Part shown: piece by piece, positions 45,309 through 56,584 of the stretch
Layout: the number at the start of each line of letters is the position of its first letter
How positions within the stretch are numbered: the stretch's first letter is position 1
Assembly: GCA_043746515.1 (NCBI GenBank)
Contig: JAYTQV010000048.1
Coordinates: 6,676 to 70,675, forward strand
DNA: 64,000 bases
Reading direction: 5' to 3'
DNA from: Actinomycetes bacterium
GTDB lineage: Bacteria > Actinomycetota > Actinomycetes > Nanopelagicales > Nanopelagicaceae
Made by a program: the position numbers and the translations under genes
Notes under the pieces: model-generated
Told to the model about the DNA's origin: nothing
What the model saw: only the letters and a program-made list of their open reading frames with translations
The model's database searches: none

Positions 45309-48300
45309 TTAAAGGTTATGAAGGACGTCCATGGTCCAAGTCAGGACCGAAGTATCGCCTACCGACCCATTCTCTAGCCAATTTGGAGCTGCGCTATGGG
45401 CCACGAGAACACTCGAAGTGGCTGGTTTCACTAAAGTTCCAGGATAAATCCGAGTTAAACGCAATTGGGCAGACTCCAGAAGGGTCACTGGTGCGATTTT
45501 GAGGAATTTTCCTTGCCAGACCACTTCTGTCAGATTTTTAGACTTAGCCAAAGCACGCACCTTAGCAACTGCAATCAAACTCATTGCAGCCTCTGGTAAA
45601 TCTCCAAAACGATCTATGAGCTCCTCGACTATGGCGGTCAAAGCCACCTCATTCGAGCAATCGGCCATGCGGCGATAGAGATCCAGACGTAACCGTTCAG
45701 AGGGAACATACTCGACAGGTAGATGAGCTGTAATCGGAAGTTCAACTTTGCAATCTTTGATTCTGGGATTGACATCCACATACCCAGTCTTAAAATCTTC
45801 AACAGCTTCACCCACCATGCGCATATACAGATCAAATCCCACTTCTGCAATATGACCGGATTGCTCTCCGCCTAACATATTTCCAGCGCCTCGAATTTCT
45901 AGATCCTTGAGAGCAACTTGCATTCCAGAGCCAAGATCAGTGTTGGTCGCAATGGTTGTCAATCGATCATGTGCAACTTCAGTCAATGGCTTGTCCGGAG
46001 AATACAAGAAATATGAATATGCCCGGTCTCTTCCTCGTCCAACGCGTCCACGCAATTGGTGAAGTTGAGAGAGGCCAAATACATCTGCGCGATCAACAAT
46101 CAGCGTATTGGCATTTGGGATATCAATCCCACTCTCAATAATTGTTGTGCAGACCAATATATCGAAATCGCGTTGCCAAAAGCCAAGAATTACCTCTTCA
46201 AGTTCTCGTTCCCCCATCTGGCCGTGTGCGACTCTCACACGTGCTTCAGGAACCAACTCTTTAAGCCGAACTGCTATCGCATCAATACTTTCGACCCTAT
46301 TATGAACAAAGTAAATCTGTCCATCCCGCAATAACTCTCTATGAATTGCTGCAGTGACTTGTTTCTCATCATAAGGACCCACATATGTTAAAACCGGGTG
46401 GCGCTCTTCAGGTGGCGTTGTGATATTCGACATCTCACGAATTCCAGTAATGGCCATCTCTAACGTGCGAGGAATTGGAGTTGCTGACATTGAGAGTACA
46501 TCTATGTTGGTTCGAGCTTTCTTCAACTCTTCTTTGTGCTCTACTCCAAATCTTTGCTCTTCGTCAACAATTACAAGACCAAGGTCCCGAAAAATGACAT
46601 CTTTGGAGAGAAGGCGATGAGTCCCTATCACGATATCTATGCTGCCGGTGGTCAAACCGTCCAGTATCTCTTTAGATTCTTTTGCAGTGTTGAATCGCGA
46701 TAGCCCTGCAACTCGCACAGGAAAACCTGCATAGCGTTCAGCGAAGGTCTTCACGTGTTGTTGAACCAGGAGAGTTGTTGGGACTAATACTGCAACTTGC
46801 TTGGCATCTTGCACCGCCTTAAATGCGGCTCGAATCGCAATCTCTGTCTTTCCATACCCAACATCCCCACAGACCACTCGATCCATTGGATGGTTACGTT
46901 CCATGTCGCGTTTGACTTCTTCAATAGTCGATAGTTGGTCAACCGTCTCAACATAAGGAAATGCTGCTTCTAACTCCCGCTGCCATGAAGTATCTTGAGA
47001 GAAAGCAAAGCCTGGTGCGCTCATTCTGGCCGCATACAGCTGAATAAGTTCAGCCGCTATCTGCTTTACCGCCTTGCGCGCTTTGCGTTTAGTGTTCTGC
47101 CAATCGGCTCCACCTATTCGATGAACGGACGGTGCTTCGCCGCCGACATACTTTGTAACTTGTTCCAGAGTATCAGTAGGCACGAAAAGGCGATCACCAG
47201 GCTGGCCTTTCTTTGAAGCGGCGTACTCAATGACGAGATACTCTCGCGAAATTCCCATCACGGTGCGAGCGACCAACTCTAAGTAACGACCAACTCCATG
47301 TTGCTCATGAACTACGTAATCGCCAGGCCTCAATTCAATAGGATCAATAGCTTTTTTGCGACGCGAGGGCATACGTGCTTGATCCTTATTAGAACTTCGT
47401 ACTCCGGTAATATCCTTCTCGGTGATCAATGCACACTTAAATTCGTGCGAGATAAAGCCATGTTCGATCGGCGTAGCTAGAACGTAAATGGCATCTCGAG
47501 TGAGACCTGAAGAGATATTTTTCAGCAACCGTACTGGCATGCCTGATTGTTGAAAGAGTTTGGCATAGCGCTCCACAATTCCAGGTCCTGCGGCGGTAAA
47601 GATTAGGAGATACTTTTCGCTCAACCATTCTTGTAGATCCGAGATCAAGCGCTCGCTCCGACCGCGATATTCGGGAATGCTTTGCAAGGAGATGCTTTCC
47701 TCTGCCTCTTTAAATTCGTTGACATATGGATCGATAGATGCCCAATGGTTTGCTCGCTCCCGCAATTGATCAAGAGTGAAATAACCACCACCAGCAAGTT
47801 CAGAAGTTAACGTGACAGGAGTACTCCCGCCAAATGCGGCGTTGGACCATGATGCATCTAGAAATTCACGGTTGGTTGCTACTAAATCCAAGGCACGAGA
47901 ATTAACTCGGGGTTCATCGATGAGCACAATTTGAAATTGAGGGGGAAGGAGATCAACTAGCGAGGTGAGGTCGTCGCGGAGCAGCCCTTGGAGTGACTCC
48001 ATCCCATCCACATAGATTCCTTCAGATAACTTACTCGTAATTTCATCAACCTCAGGAAAGGCTGTCGATAAATATCGTGCTCTCTCTCGGACAGCGTCAG
48101 TTAGAAGAATCTCTCGGCACGGAAAGATCGTCACCTCTCCTGTTACCCGCTCAAAAGTTCTCTGATCAGAAACGGTGAACCAGGCGAGCTCTTCAATGCG
48201 CTCTCCAAAGAAATCAATGCGAAGTGGGTGATCGTGATCCGGCAGGAAGAGATCTAATATCCCCCCTCGAATTGCAAAATCCCCTCTTCGCTCCACCAAA

Positions 48301-48743
48301 TCACTTCTTACATATCCTAAAAGTACAAGATGTGAAATTAAATACCCCATTGCGACCTCTTGCTCTATCTCAAGACTAATCAATGGAATCTCAAGTGGCG
48401 CAATTGGTTGAATGAGGGCTCGAACGGAGGTGACGATGATCTTTGATTCGGTCAAACCGGTTAAAACTTTAACTCTGGCGGCGACGGTATCGCTCTTCGG
48501 ACTTAACTTTTCATGCGGAAGAGTCTCCCAAGCGGGCAACTCCAAGACTGAGCCTTCCCCCAGATATGTCTCTAACTCGTCCTTCAAATCGTTGGCTCGG
48601 CGAGAGGAGGCGGTGACTATCACCAAGGGTGAACTCTGGCTTCTGGCAGCCAAAAGTAGCCCAATTGTTGATGAAGGAGCCGCGATATGGGGTGCGGACT
48701 GGTCAATTTCAATCTCTGAAAAGGCGCGAAGCAGTGCGCTCAT
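45309..48743 (-). CDS. mfd: Transcription-repair coupling factor
   Basis: CarD-like domain (GDYVVHEQHGVGRY), helicase motifs GDVGYGKTE and DEEQRFG, and a TRG/TRCF C-terminus. I moved the start to ATG 48743 (MSALLRAF). Confidence 0.95.
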   Translation of the reverse strand: MSALLRAFSEIEIDQSAPHIAAPSSTIGLLLAARSQSSPLVIVTASSRRANDLKDELETYLGEGSVLELPAWETLPHEKLSPKSDTVAARVKVLTGLTESKIIVTSVRALIQPIAPLEIPLISLEIEQEVAMGYLISHLVLLGYVRSDLVERRGDFAIRGGILDLFLPDHDHPLRIDFFGERIEELAWFTVSDQRTFERVTGEVTIFPCREILLTDAVRERARYLSTAFPEVDEITSKLSEGIYVDGMESLQGLLRDDLTSLVDLLPPQFQIVLIDEPRVNSRALDLVATNREFLDASWSNAAFGGSTPVTLTSELAGGGYFTLDQLRERANHWASIDPYVNEFKEAEESISLQSIPEYRGRSERLISDLQEWLSEKYLLIFTAAGPGIVERYAKLFQQSGMPVRLLKNISSGLTRDAIYVLATPIEHGFISHEFKCALITEKDITGVRSSNKDQARMPSRRKKAIDPIELRPGDYVVHEQHGVGRYLELVARTVMGISREYLVIEYAASKKGQPGDRLFVPTDTLEQVTKYVGGEAPSVHRIGGADWQNTKRKARKAVKQIAAELIQLYAARMSAPGFAFSQDTSWQRELEAAFPYVETVDQLSTIEEVKRDMERNHPMDRVVCGDVGYGKTEIAIRAAFKAVQDAKQVAVLVPTTLLVQQHVKTFAERYAGFPVRVAGLSRFNTAKESKEILDGLTTGSIDIVIGTHRLLSKDVIFRDLGLVIVDEEQRFGVEHKEELKKARTNIDVLSMSATPIPRTLEMAITGIREMSNITTPPEERHPVLTYVGPYDEKQVTAAIHRELLRDGQIYFVHNRVESIDAIAVRLKELVPEARVRVAHGQMGERELEEVILGFWQRDFDILVCTTIIESGIDIPNANTLIVDRADVFGLSQLHQLRGRVGRGRDRAYSYFLYSPDKPLTEVAHDRLTTIATNTDLGSGMQVALKDLEIRGAGNMLGGEQSGHIAEVGFDLYMRMVGEAVEDFKTGYVDVNPRIKDCKVELPITAHLPVEYVPSERLRLDLYRRMADCSNEVALTAIVEELIDRFGDLPEAAMSLIAVAKVRALAKSKNLTEVVWQGKFLKIAPVTLLESAQLRLTRIYPGTLVKPATSSVLVAHSAAPNWLENGSVGDTSVLTWTMDVLHNL

Positions 48744-48931
48744 CACAGCCTCCTCCACGCCAAAACACCCCAACTTCCACAGGGAAGGGGGGTTGAATGG
48801 AGGCAATACTATCTCGCAAGAGATGCGATGATTTACCCCTGATTAAAGCCCCCAGTGGTGTGGGCAGCAACGCTTACCAAGCGCTTGAATGCGGAAACTT
48901 GGAGACACGGAAACTCGGAGAAAATGCGAGT

Positions 48932-51568
48932 ATGAGTAATCTCAATCCTGCTGCCCATCTAAATCCTTACATAGCTCGCGATGACCAGGCGCTGCGCAGT
49001 GATGTGCGCACCCTTGGTGAATTGCTCGGCGAAACGTTAGTGCGACAAGAAGGCGCGCAATTACTTGCACTTGTCGAGTCAGTGCGCAAAGCAGTGCGAG
49101 AAGGTGGAGGAGAGGAGATCCTCTCTCAACTCTCTGTTGAAGATAGTGTCAAATTGGTGCGAGCATTTAGTACGTATTTTCATCTCGCAAATGTCGCAGA
49201 GCAGGTACACCGTGCGCGCGTACTAAACGATGAACGCGAAGAGAGTGGTTCGTGGATATCACGCGCTGTTAATCGCATACAAGAAACTCAAGAAAGCACC
49301 AAGGAATTTTCTACCGCGGATCTCCAGCACTGGATGAATGAGTTTGCGGTACGTCCCGTCTTTACTGCTCATCCCACTGAAGCTGCTCGCAGATCAGTAT
49401 TGAGTAAACTCGGAACAATCGCAGATTTATTAGATGATAAGAAAGATTCTCTCCGTGAACGGCGGTTGGCCGAGACCGTGGATCTTTTATGGCAGACCGA
49501 TGAACTTCGATTAGGGCGGCCAGAACCTTTAGACGAGGCGGTCAACGCTCTCTACTATTTAGATGATTTATTTTCGCATACCGTTCCGGATGTCCTCGAT
49601 GATTTCGCCCGTGAACTAGCAAGGCTCGGTGTCATAATTTCACCAACTGCAAGGCCTCTCTCCTTTGGGACGTGGATTGGCGGGGATAGAGATGGAAATC
49701 CAAATATCACCGCATCTGTTACCAGTGAAGCAATAACACTTCAGATTGGTCACTTCATCAGAGCCATGTTGACCGCCCTTGACCCACTCCGACAAGCTCT
49801 ATCCGTATCAACTCGTATCGCCGGCGCTTCGCGAGAACTGCAGAGTTCGGTGATACGTGATTTGGAGAACCTTCCAGAGATTGAAGCGAGGTTTAAACGA
49901 CTTAATGTAGAAGAGCCTTATCGCCTCAAGGCAACTGCAATTCGACATCGCTTGATTCTTACCCAGCGCCGTCATGCCGCTGGTGCCGTGCATCAATCTG
50001 GGCGCGATTATGAAAGTACGCATGAACTACTGAGTGATCTGATATTAATGCGGGAATCTTTGTTAGCTCATAAGGGTGAATTAATTGCTCACGGTCTGCT
50101 GGAGCGGTTAATCCGGGCTGTCTCCGCCTTTGGAATTACACATGCCACCATGGATGTGCGCGAACATTCTGAGGCTCATCATCATGCTTTGGCGCAATTG
50201 GGTGCTCATCCAAATTTGCTGGATGCACCTGCCCAGAACACATTTGATACATTCAAAACAATCGGTGAATTGATTACGAAGTTTGGTCCTGAAGTTATTG
50301 AGACCTACATAATTTCTATGACGAAATCACACAAGGATGTTCTAGCGGCAGTAGAACTAGGGAGGCTTACAGGTCTCATTATTAATAATCACTCGCAAGT
50401 GGGTTTTGCACCTCTTTTAGAGACTGTCGCAGAACTCCGATCGGCAGATAGTATTTTGGACCTCTTGCTATCCGATTCCACATATCGCGAGATTGTTCGA
50501 AATCGGGGAGACATTCAAGAAGTCATGCTTGGTTACTCCGACTCTAACAAGGATGCGGGTATCGCAACGTCGCAATGGGAGATTCACAAGGCTCAGCGTA
50601 AGTTACGTGATATTTCGATCAAGCATGGAGTCAAGCTTCGCCTATTTCATGGTCGAGGCGGATCGGTCGGTCGCGGCGGCGGGCCGACCTACGATGCACT
50701 CATCGCACTACCCTGGGGCTCTATCGATGGTCAGGTAAAAATGACTGAACAGGGTGAAGTGATCTCAGATAAATACTCACTCCCTGCTCTAGCTAGAGAA
50801 AATGTCGAACTGACTTTGGCGGCGGCGCTGGAGGCGACCGTGCTCAACCGAGCGCCGAGGCAGAGCGCATCTGACTTAGCACAGTGGAGTTCTTGCATGG
50901 ATCTGATAAGTGAGAGCGCTTTTGATTGTTATCGAACTCTTATCGATCATCCTGATCTTCCAGCTTATTTCTACTCTTCAACTCCCGTTGAACAACTTGG
51001 AGATCTCTTCCTTGGTTCAAGGCCATCTCGTCGACCTGATGCAGCGGGTGGATTGGGCAGCTTGCGGGCAATTCCTTGGGTATTTGGGTGGACCCAATCT
51101 AGGCAGATCGTTCCAGGTTGGTTCGGCGTTGGCTCAGGTCTTAAGGCTGCCCGCGAAGCGGGCCACTCCGAGATTTTGCAGACGATGCTCAAGGAGTGGC
51201 ATTTCTTCAGAACATTTATCTCTAATGTAGAGATGACGCTTGCAAAGACGGACTTAAGTATGGCTGGCAGGTACGTTGAACGACTTGTTGAACCACACCT
51301 GCATCACTTCTTTGAGAGTATCAAGGTGGAGTTCGAACTCACCCGCAGTGAAGTCTTGTTGGTAACGCAGAAAACCCAGATTCTAGGTGATCAACCGATT
51401 TTGGCACGTACGCTCGGTGTTCGTGATGCGTATTTAGCACCACTCCACCTACTGCAAATTTCACTTTTGGAACGAGTTCGAGCAGATGAAAGTTCAGATA
51501 GCACGATTCGTCGCGCTCTGCTCCTAACCATAAATGGCGTTGCAGCGGGGTTACGAAATACTGGTTGA
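48932..51568 (+). CDS. ppc: Phosphoenolpyruvate carboxylase
   Basis: VFTAHPTE, GYSDSNKDAG, FHGRGGSVGRGGGP and the C-terminal AAGLRNTG. I moved the start to ATG 48932, because the listed start overlaps mfd. Confidence 0.95.
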   Translation: MSNLNPAAHLNPYIARDDQALRSDVRTLGELLGETLVRQEGAQLLALVESVRKAVREGGGEEILSQLSVEDSVKLVRAFSTYFHLANVAEQVHRARVLNDEREESGSWISRAVNRIQETQESTKEFSTADLQHWMNEFAVRPVFTAHPTEAARRSVLSKLGTIADLLDDKKDSLRERRLAETVDLLWQTDELRLGRPEPLDEAVNALYYLDDLFSHTVPDVLDDFARELARLGVIISPTARPLSFGTWIGGDRDGNPNITASVTSEAITLQIGHFIRAMLTALDPLRQALSVSTRIAGASRELQSSVIRDLENLPEIEARFKRLNVEEPYRLKATAIRHRLILTQRRHAAGAVHQSGRDYESTHELLSDLILMRESLLAHKGELIAHGLLERLIRAVSAFGITHATMDVREHSEAHHHALAQLGAHPNLLDAPAQNTFDTFKTIGELITKFGPEVIETYIISMTKSHKDVLAAVELGRLTGLIINNHSQVGFAPLLETVAELRSADSILDLLLSDSTYREIVRNRGDIQEVMLGYSDSNKDAGIATSQWEIHKAQRKLRDISIKHGVKLRLFHGRGGSVGRGGGPTYDALIALPWGSIDGQVKMTEQGEVISDKYSLPALARENVELTLAAALEATVLNRAPRQSASDLAQWSSCMDLISESAFDCYRTLIDHPDLPAYFYSSTPVEQLGDLFLGSRPSRRPDAAGGLGSLRAIPWVFGWTQSRQIVPGWFGVGSGLKAAREAGHSEILQTMLKEWHFFRTFISNVEMTLAKTDLSMAGRYVERLVEPHLHHFFESIKVEFELTRSEVLLVTQKTQILGDQPILARTLGVRDAYLAPLHLLQISLLERVRADESSDSTIRRALLLTINGVAAGLRNTG

Positions 51569-51569
51569 G

Positions 51570-54260
51570 TTAAGCAGCCGCTCCATGACAACGCTTGTAC
51601 TTGCGTCCAGATCCACAAGGACAGGGTGCGTTCTTGGGAGTTCCTCCACGCTCTACCGCATTTCCCGATTCATCTGCCCCGGTATAGCGAAGTTCGTTCA
51701 CTTCTGGTTGATCTGGAATTTCAAGTCCTGGAGCTGCAATTATTGGTGCACCAGTTTCATCCACCGACTCAACATTAACTTCTACATGAAAGAGCAATCC
51801 AACTAACTCTTCTTTAATGCCATCCATCATCGCTGAAAACAATTCATATCCTTCGCGTTGATATTCCACAAGTGGATCACGTTGAGCCATAGCGCGCAAT
51901 CCAATGCCTTCTTGCAGATAATCCATTTCATATAGATGTTCCCGCCATTTGCGATCAAGAACAGATAGCAAAACTTTACGCTCGAGCTCACGCATAACCG
52001 GGGCAGATAGAAATTCTTCACGTGCTGCATACTGAGTTTGCGCATCTTGGAGGATACGGTTAAGAATTAAATCTGCATCAAGATTTGGAAGGCCTCCTAC
52101 CTCTTTAGATAGTGATTCCGAAGAGACTGAAGCGGGATAGAGAACCGTTAGCGCCACGAAGAGCGCTTCTAGATCCCATTGCTCGGGATATCCCTCTGCA
52201 GTGGCACCCTTTACATATGCAGTCAAAGTATCGTCCATAAACTTACGGACTTGCTCACTTATGTCAGCACCTTCCAAGACTTCGCGGCGTTCAGAGTAAA
52301 CAACGGTTCGTTGGCGGTTCATGACATCGTCATACTTCAAAACATTTTTTCTCATTTCAAAATTAAGAGATTCAACTTGAGTTTGAGCTGAACGAATTGC
52401 ATTGGAGACCATCTTGGACTCGATAGGTACATCATCAGCGATTCCCGCGGCACCGAGAAATCTCTCCACTAAACCAGAGTTAAAGCGTCGCATCAGGTCA
52501 TCTTGCAAGGAAAGATAGAAGCGCGACTCTCCAGGGTCTCCTTGTCTTCCAGACCGGCCACGCAACTGATTGTCGATGCGGCGAGATTCGTGACGCTCTG
52601 TTCCTAAGACATAAAGTCCACCTGCCGCAACTACAGTTTCATGTTCTAGAGCAACAGCAGCCTTCTGTTTTGCAATCTCCGCCGGCCACGCAGCTTCATA
52701 CTCTTCGGGAGAGTCCGCTGGATTAAGGCCCTGCCGCTGCAACTCGAAGTCCGCCATAAATTCGGGGTTTCCTCCAAGCATAATATCCGTACCACGACCA
52801 GCCATATTTGTGGCTACAGTAACCGCTCCTATAGTTCCGGCCCGCGCGATTACCGCAGCTTCGCGCTCGTGCTGTTTTGCATTCAAAACTTCATGTCTAA
52901 TCCCTCGCTTAGTAAGAACCGCAGAAAGTTCTTCTGATTTCTCGACGGAGACCGTTCCAACCAATACGGGCTGCCCCGCTTTATGTCGCCTAACGATATC
53001 TTCAGCTACCGCTAAGAACTTCGCACTTTCGGTCTTGTAAATAAGATCAGCTGAGTCCACACGAGCGGTTGGCATATTTGTTGGAATAGGAATAACACCA
53101 AGCTTATAAATCTGCATAAACTCCGCAGCTTCTGTCATTGCAGTACCGGTCATACCTGAAAGCTTTTCGTAAAGGCGGAAATAGTTCTGTAACGTGATTG
53201 TTGCAAGAGTTTGATTTTCATCTTTAATTTCAATTCGCTCTTTAGCTTCCAAAGCCTGATGCAAGCCTTCGGCGTACCTACGTCCAGCGAGCATCCGTCC
53301 GGTGTGTTCATCAACTATTAGAAGCTCACCCCCCATGACAACATAATCCTTGTCGCGCTTAAAGAGCTCCTTTGCCCGAATGCCATTATTGAGATATCCG
53401 ATCAATGGAGTGTTTACAGATTCGTAGAGATTCTCAATTCCTAGAATCTGTTCAACCTTCGAAACACCATCTTCCAGAATGGAGACCGTCTTCTTCTTCT
53501 CATCGATCTCATAATGCAGATCTCTTTGCAATTGACCGCAAATATTTGCAAACTCCACGTACCATTTCGTGGCTTTATCTGCTGGACCACTAATAATTAA
53601 TGGAGTACGCGCTTCATCGATGAGGATCGAGTCAACTTCGTCTACGATTGCAAAATTATGTTCGCGTTGGACACAATCCTCTAGAGCCCACGCCATATTA
53701 TCCCGCAGGTAATCAAAACCAAATTCATTGTTGGTTCCATAAGTAATATCTGCCAAATATGCCTCACGCCTTTCGCTCGGAGTCATACTCGCCAGAATTA
53801 CACCTACTCGCAGGCCGAGAAAGCGATGAACGCGTCCCATCCATTCACTATCGCGCTCGGCAAGATAATCGTTAGTGGTAACAACGTGTACACCCTTACC
53901 AGTGAGTGCATTGAGATATGCGGGTAGAGTTGAAACCAAGGTCTTACCTTCACCCGTACGCATCTCTGCGATATTGCCTAGATGTAACGCCGCTCCACCC
54001 ATAATCTGGACGTCATAATGGCGTTGACCGAGTGTACGAACTGCCGCTTGCCGCACCGTAGCAAAGGCCTCAGGAAGGAGGGCACTTAACTCCTCGCCAG
54101 CCGCTAAACGATCACGAAATTTTTGAGTTTGAGCGCGGAGTTCTTCATCCGTAAGAGCGAGGATCTTGGACTCCCAGGAATTGACCTCTTCGGCAATTTT
54201 CTCGAGGTTGCGAACCGCACGACCTTCTCCAGCACGAAGGATTTTATCTAGAACAGCCAC
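51570..54260 (-). CDS. secA: Preprotein translocase ATPase SecA
   Basis: [27 protein letters not shown] and the C-terminal zinc motif [14 protein letters not shown]. Confidence 0.97.
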   Translation of the reverse strand: MAVLDKILRAGEGRAVRNLEKIAEEVNSWESKILALTDEELRAQTQKFRDRLAAGEELSALLPEAFATVRQAAVRTLGQRHYDVQIMGGAALHLGNIAEMRTGEGKTLVSTLPAYLNALTGKGVHVVTTNDYLAERDSEWMGRVHRFLGLRVGVILASMTPSERREAYLADITYGTNNEFGFDYLRDNMAWALEDCVQREHNFAIVDEVDSILIDEARTPLIISGPADKATKWYVEFANICGQLQRDLHYEIDEKKKTVSILEDGVSKVEQILGIENLYESVNTPLIGYLNNGIRAKELFKRDKDYVVMGGELLIVDEHTGRMLAGRRYAEGLHQALEAKERIEIKDENQTLATITLQNYFRLYEKLSGMTGTAMTEAAEFMQIYKLGVIPIPTNMPTARVDSADLIYKTESAKFLAVAEDIVRRHKAGQPVLVGTVSVEKSEELSAVLTKRGIRHEVLNAKQHEREAAVIARAGTIGAVTVATNMAGRGTDIMLGGNPEFMADFELQRQGLNPADSPEEYEAAWPAEIAKQKAAVALEHETVVAAGGLYVLGTERHESRRIDNQLRGRSGRQGDPGESRFYLSLQDDLMRRFNSGLVERFLGAAGIADDVPIESKMVSNAIRSAQTQVESLNFEMRKNVLKYDDVMNRQRTVVYSERREVLEGADISEQVRKFMDDTLTAYVKGATAEGYPEQWDLEALFVALTVLYPASVSSESLSKEVGGLPNLDADLILNRILQDAQTQYAAREEFLSAPVMRELERKVLLSVLDRKWREHLYEMDYLQEGIGLRAMAQRDPLVEYQREGYELFSAMMDGIKEELVGLLFHVEVNVESVDETGAPIIAAPGLEIPDQPEVNELRYTGADESGNAVERGGTPKNAPCPCGSGRKYKRCHGAAA

Positions 54261-54307
54261 GAACCCTCATTTCAGAAACATTTATCATTTACTAGTCCCC
54301 TATCGTA

Positions 54308-54991
54308 TTATGTAATAAGACGGGGTGAGACCCCTGCACAAAGAGCCCCGACCACGCTAATCCCAGCTTCCTTTAAGGCTCTCTCCCCTTCTAGTACGGT
54401 ACTTCCAGTAGTGATTAGGTCATCAACCAAGAAGCAAACGCTCTGTCGTGCCTGCCCAATTCCTCGAGCCTTTAGAGTATGTGCGGAGTAGGCACCTCCA
54501 ACATTTTGAATTCTCTCGGCTCTATTGAGGGCACTCTGATCTACAACCTTTCTATTCACCCGTAGCAATTCCAAGAATCGAATTTCTCTATTACCCTTCT
54601 TTCCCGCCATATGAGCCAGCGCTTTTGAAAGCAAAAAGGCATGCCTAAATCCCCGCCGTCGGTTGGCGCTAGGGCTTGAAGGAATTGGGATCAGTGCTAT
54701 CCCCGCATCTATATCCAGTTCTATATATGCTTCCGTAAGAGCACTAAAGAGCATCTGCACCAGAATATTCCTAGCAGGAGCGCTGTTCTGATCTTTCGCC
54801 GCCACAATTACCTTGGCCAACTCATCTCCATACAAGGCACCTGACCAAATTGTGAGCTTTCCTATCTGGCAACACCTATTAGGCCGCATGATTTTATAGT
54901 CACAGGTTCGACACAGTGATTCTCCAGGCTCCCGGCAAATAAGGCAGGTGGGCGGATATAGTAGATATAGTAAATGAGAGATTGATTCCAT
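54308..54991 (-). CDS. comF: ComF-family protein (phosphoribosyltransferase domain)
   Basis: N-terminal CLICREPGESLCRTC zinc finger and the PRT motif FLVDDLITTGST. Confidence 0.8.
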   Translation of the reverse strand: MESISHLLYLLYPPTCLICREPGESLCRTCDYKIMRPNRCCQIGKLTIWSGALYGDELAKVIVAAKDQNSAPARNILVQMLFSALTEAYIELDIDAGIALIPIPSSPSANRRRGFRHAFLLSKALAHMAGKKGNREIRFLELLRVNRKVVDQSALNRAERIQNVGGAYSAHTLKARGIGQARQSVCFLVDDLITTGSTVLEGERALKEAGISVVGALCAGVSPRLIT

Positions 54992-55009
54992 CTCCCAACT
55001 ATCACAAGA

Positions 55010-56584
55010 TTAAATATCATCCTCATCGAAGGAGAGAAATGATGTGGAGATTTCATTGTTGGGGTTAACAGAGATGGGTTCACCTTGGATTGGAATACCT
55101 GGAGCCTTAGGCACTGTAAGGACGAAATGAGCTCCCTTCCCAGGTGCGCCCCAAGCCTTGAGAGTCCCTTGGTGCAACTTGGCGTCATCAAGTGAGATAG
55201 AGAGTCCGAGCCCCGTACCTCCGCGTAGGCGAGATCGAGATGGATCGGCGCGCCAAAAGCGATCAAAGAGCCGTTCTGACTCTCGCTCTGTAAATCCAAC
55301 GCCAAAATCTCGAACACCGACTGCAACCTCACGTTCAGACTGGCGAATTGTTATTTCAATTGATTTACCCTCACTGTGGTCAATCGCATTTGAGATGAGA
55401 TTTCGCAATACTCGTTCAATACGCCGTGGATCAACGGAGGCTAAAACAGGATTATTTGAAAAATCTGTTCTCACTTGTCCTAAATTGCTTATAGCTAATT
55501 GATCAATGGCTTGTATTACTAAATTTTTTATATCGGTCTCTTTCAACTCTAAAATCGACGCACTTGCATCAAATCGACTCACCTCGAGTAAGTCGGTAAG
55601 GAGAGATTCAAAGCGGGCAATTTGGGATTGAAGTAGCTCAGCACTTCGGGCAGCCGCCGGCTCCATTTTCATCTTATTTTCAGCGATAACTTCTGAGGCC
55701 ATTCGGATTGTTGTGAGGGGAGTGCGCAATTCATGCGAAACATCTGAAACAAATCGCTGTTGCAGCCTTGAGAGATTTTCGAGTCTAGAAATTTGCTGCT
55801 GCATAGATAGAGCCATCTCATTAAAGGAGATTGCCAGTCTTGCCATTTCATCCTGCCCAGACACCCGCATTCGACGATTTAGATCTCCGGCAGTTAATTG
55901 TTCGGCAATTTCTGCGGCATCTCGTACGGGATTAATCGCTTGACGAATCACATACCAAGATATGCCACCAATCATGAAGATCAGCAAGAAGCCGGCTAAA
56001 AGTAAAAGCTGTCCGATGAAATTAACGATCGTTTCTTGTTCTGTCAGGAGAAACACGTAATACAACTCGTAAGGAGATTTAGGTGGAATCTGAACCGCAT
56101 GTCCAACCACAATGGCACGCTTTTTAGTACCATCTTTGAAAGATACTGTGCTTTGTAGCCATTCGGTAAGACCAGACTTGCGCACCTGTACTCGCAGAGC
56201 ATCGGGGATTGATCTCGAATCAAAATTGCCTGAGGCACCGTTAAAGGCGCCATTTGGGGTATGCGGCATGGGTGAACCTAATAAGACTACTTCGCGAGGC
56301 GAAGTAGCAACAGTTAAATCACTCGACTGTAAAACCCTTGATACAACGGTAGTTAACTTTAAAGAGGGGAGGTATAACGTGGCATCTAGTTGTCCTTGAG
56401 CGTAATCATAAAGTGATAAGGCCTCGGAGACCGATTCATTTGTCTTCTCACGGACAATCCCATTAGAAATCTGAATAAATAATATCCCGCCAACCAATGA
56501 AATTAAGATAATTGAAAGGATAAATGTGGTTGTGATGACGCGAAATAGGATTGAACTTCGCCATTTCACGCCCAGCCATTTCAT
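55010..56584 (-). CDS. mtrB: Sensor histidine kinase MtrB
   Basis: Two TM segments, a HAMP domain, the H-box SDVSHELRTPLT and the G-box GGTGLGLSI. It follows mtrA with a 4-nt overlap. Confidence 0.85.
   Translation of the reverse strand: MKWLGVKWRSSILFRVITTTFILSIILISLVGGILFIQISNGIVREKTNESVSEALSLYDYAQGQLDATLYLPSLKLTTVVSRVLQSSDLTVATSPREVVLLGSPMPHTPNGAFNGASGNFDSRSIPDALRVQVRKSGLTEWLQSTVSFKDGTKKRAIVVGHAVQIPPKSPYELYYVFLLTEQETIVNFIGQLLLLAGFLLIFMIGGISWYVIRQAINPVRDAAEIAEQLTAGDLNRRMRVSGQDEMARLAISFNEMALSMQQQISRLENLSRLQQRFVSDVSHELRTPLTTIRMASEVIAENKMKMEPAAARSAELLQSQIARFESLLTDLLEVSRFDASASILELKETDIKNLVIQAIDQLAISNLGQVRTDFSNNPVLASVDPRRIERVLRNLISNAIDHSEGKSIEITIRQSEREVAVGVRDFGVGFTERESERLFDRFWRADPSRSRLRGGTGLGLSISLDDAKLHQGTLKAWGAPGKGAHFVLTVPKAPGIPIQGEPISVNPNNEISTSFLSFDEDDI

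Noticed and set aside
54862-55332. A 156-aa minus-strand ORF bridging the comF/mtrB junction, plus many 60-135-aa ORFs inside large genes (amidases, mfd, secA, ppc, ahcY, mtrB and others), on the opposite strand or in another frame of the same strand
   Set aside because: They lie in alternative frames of well-supported genes and have no motifs. These are typical shadow ORFs.
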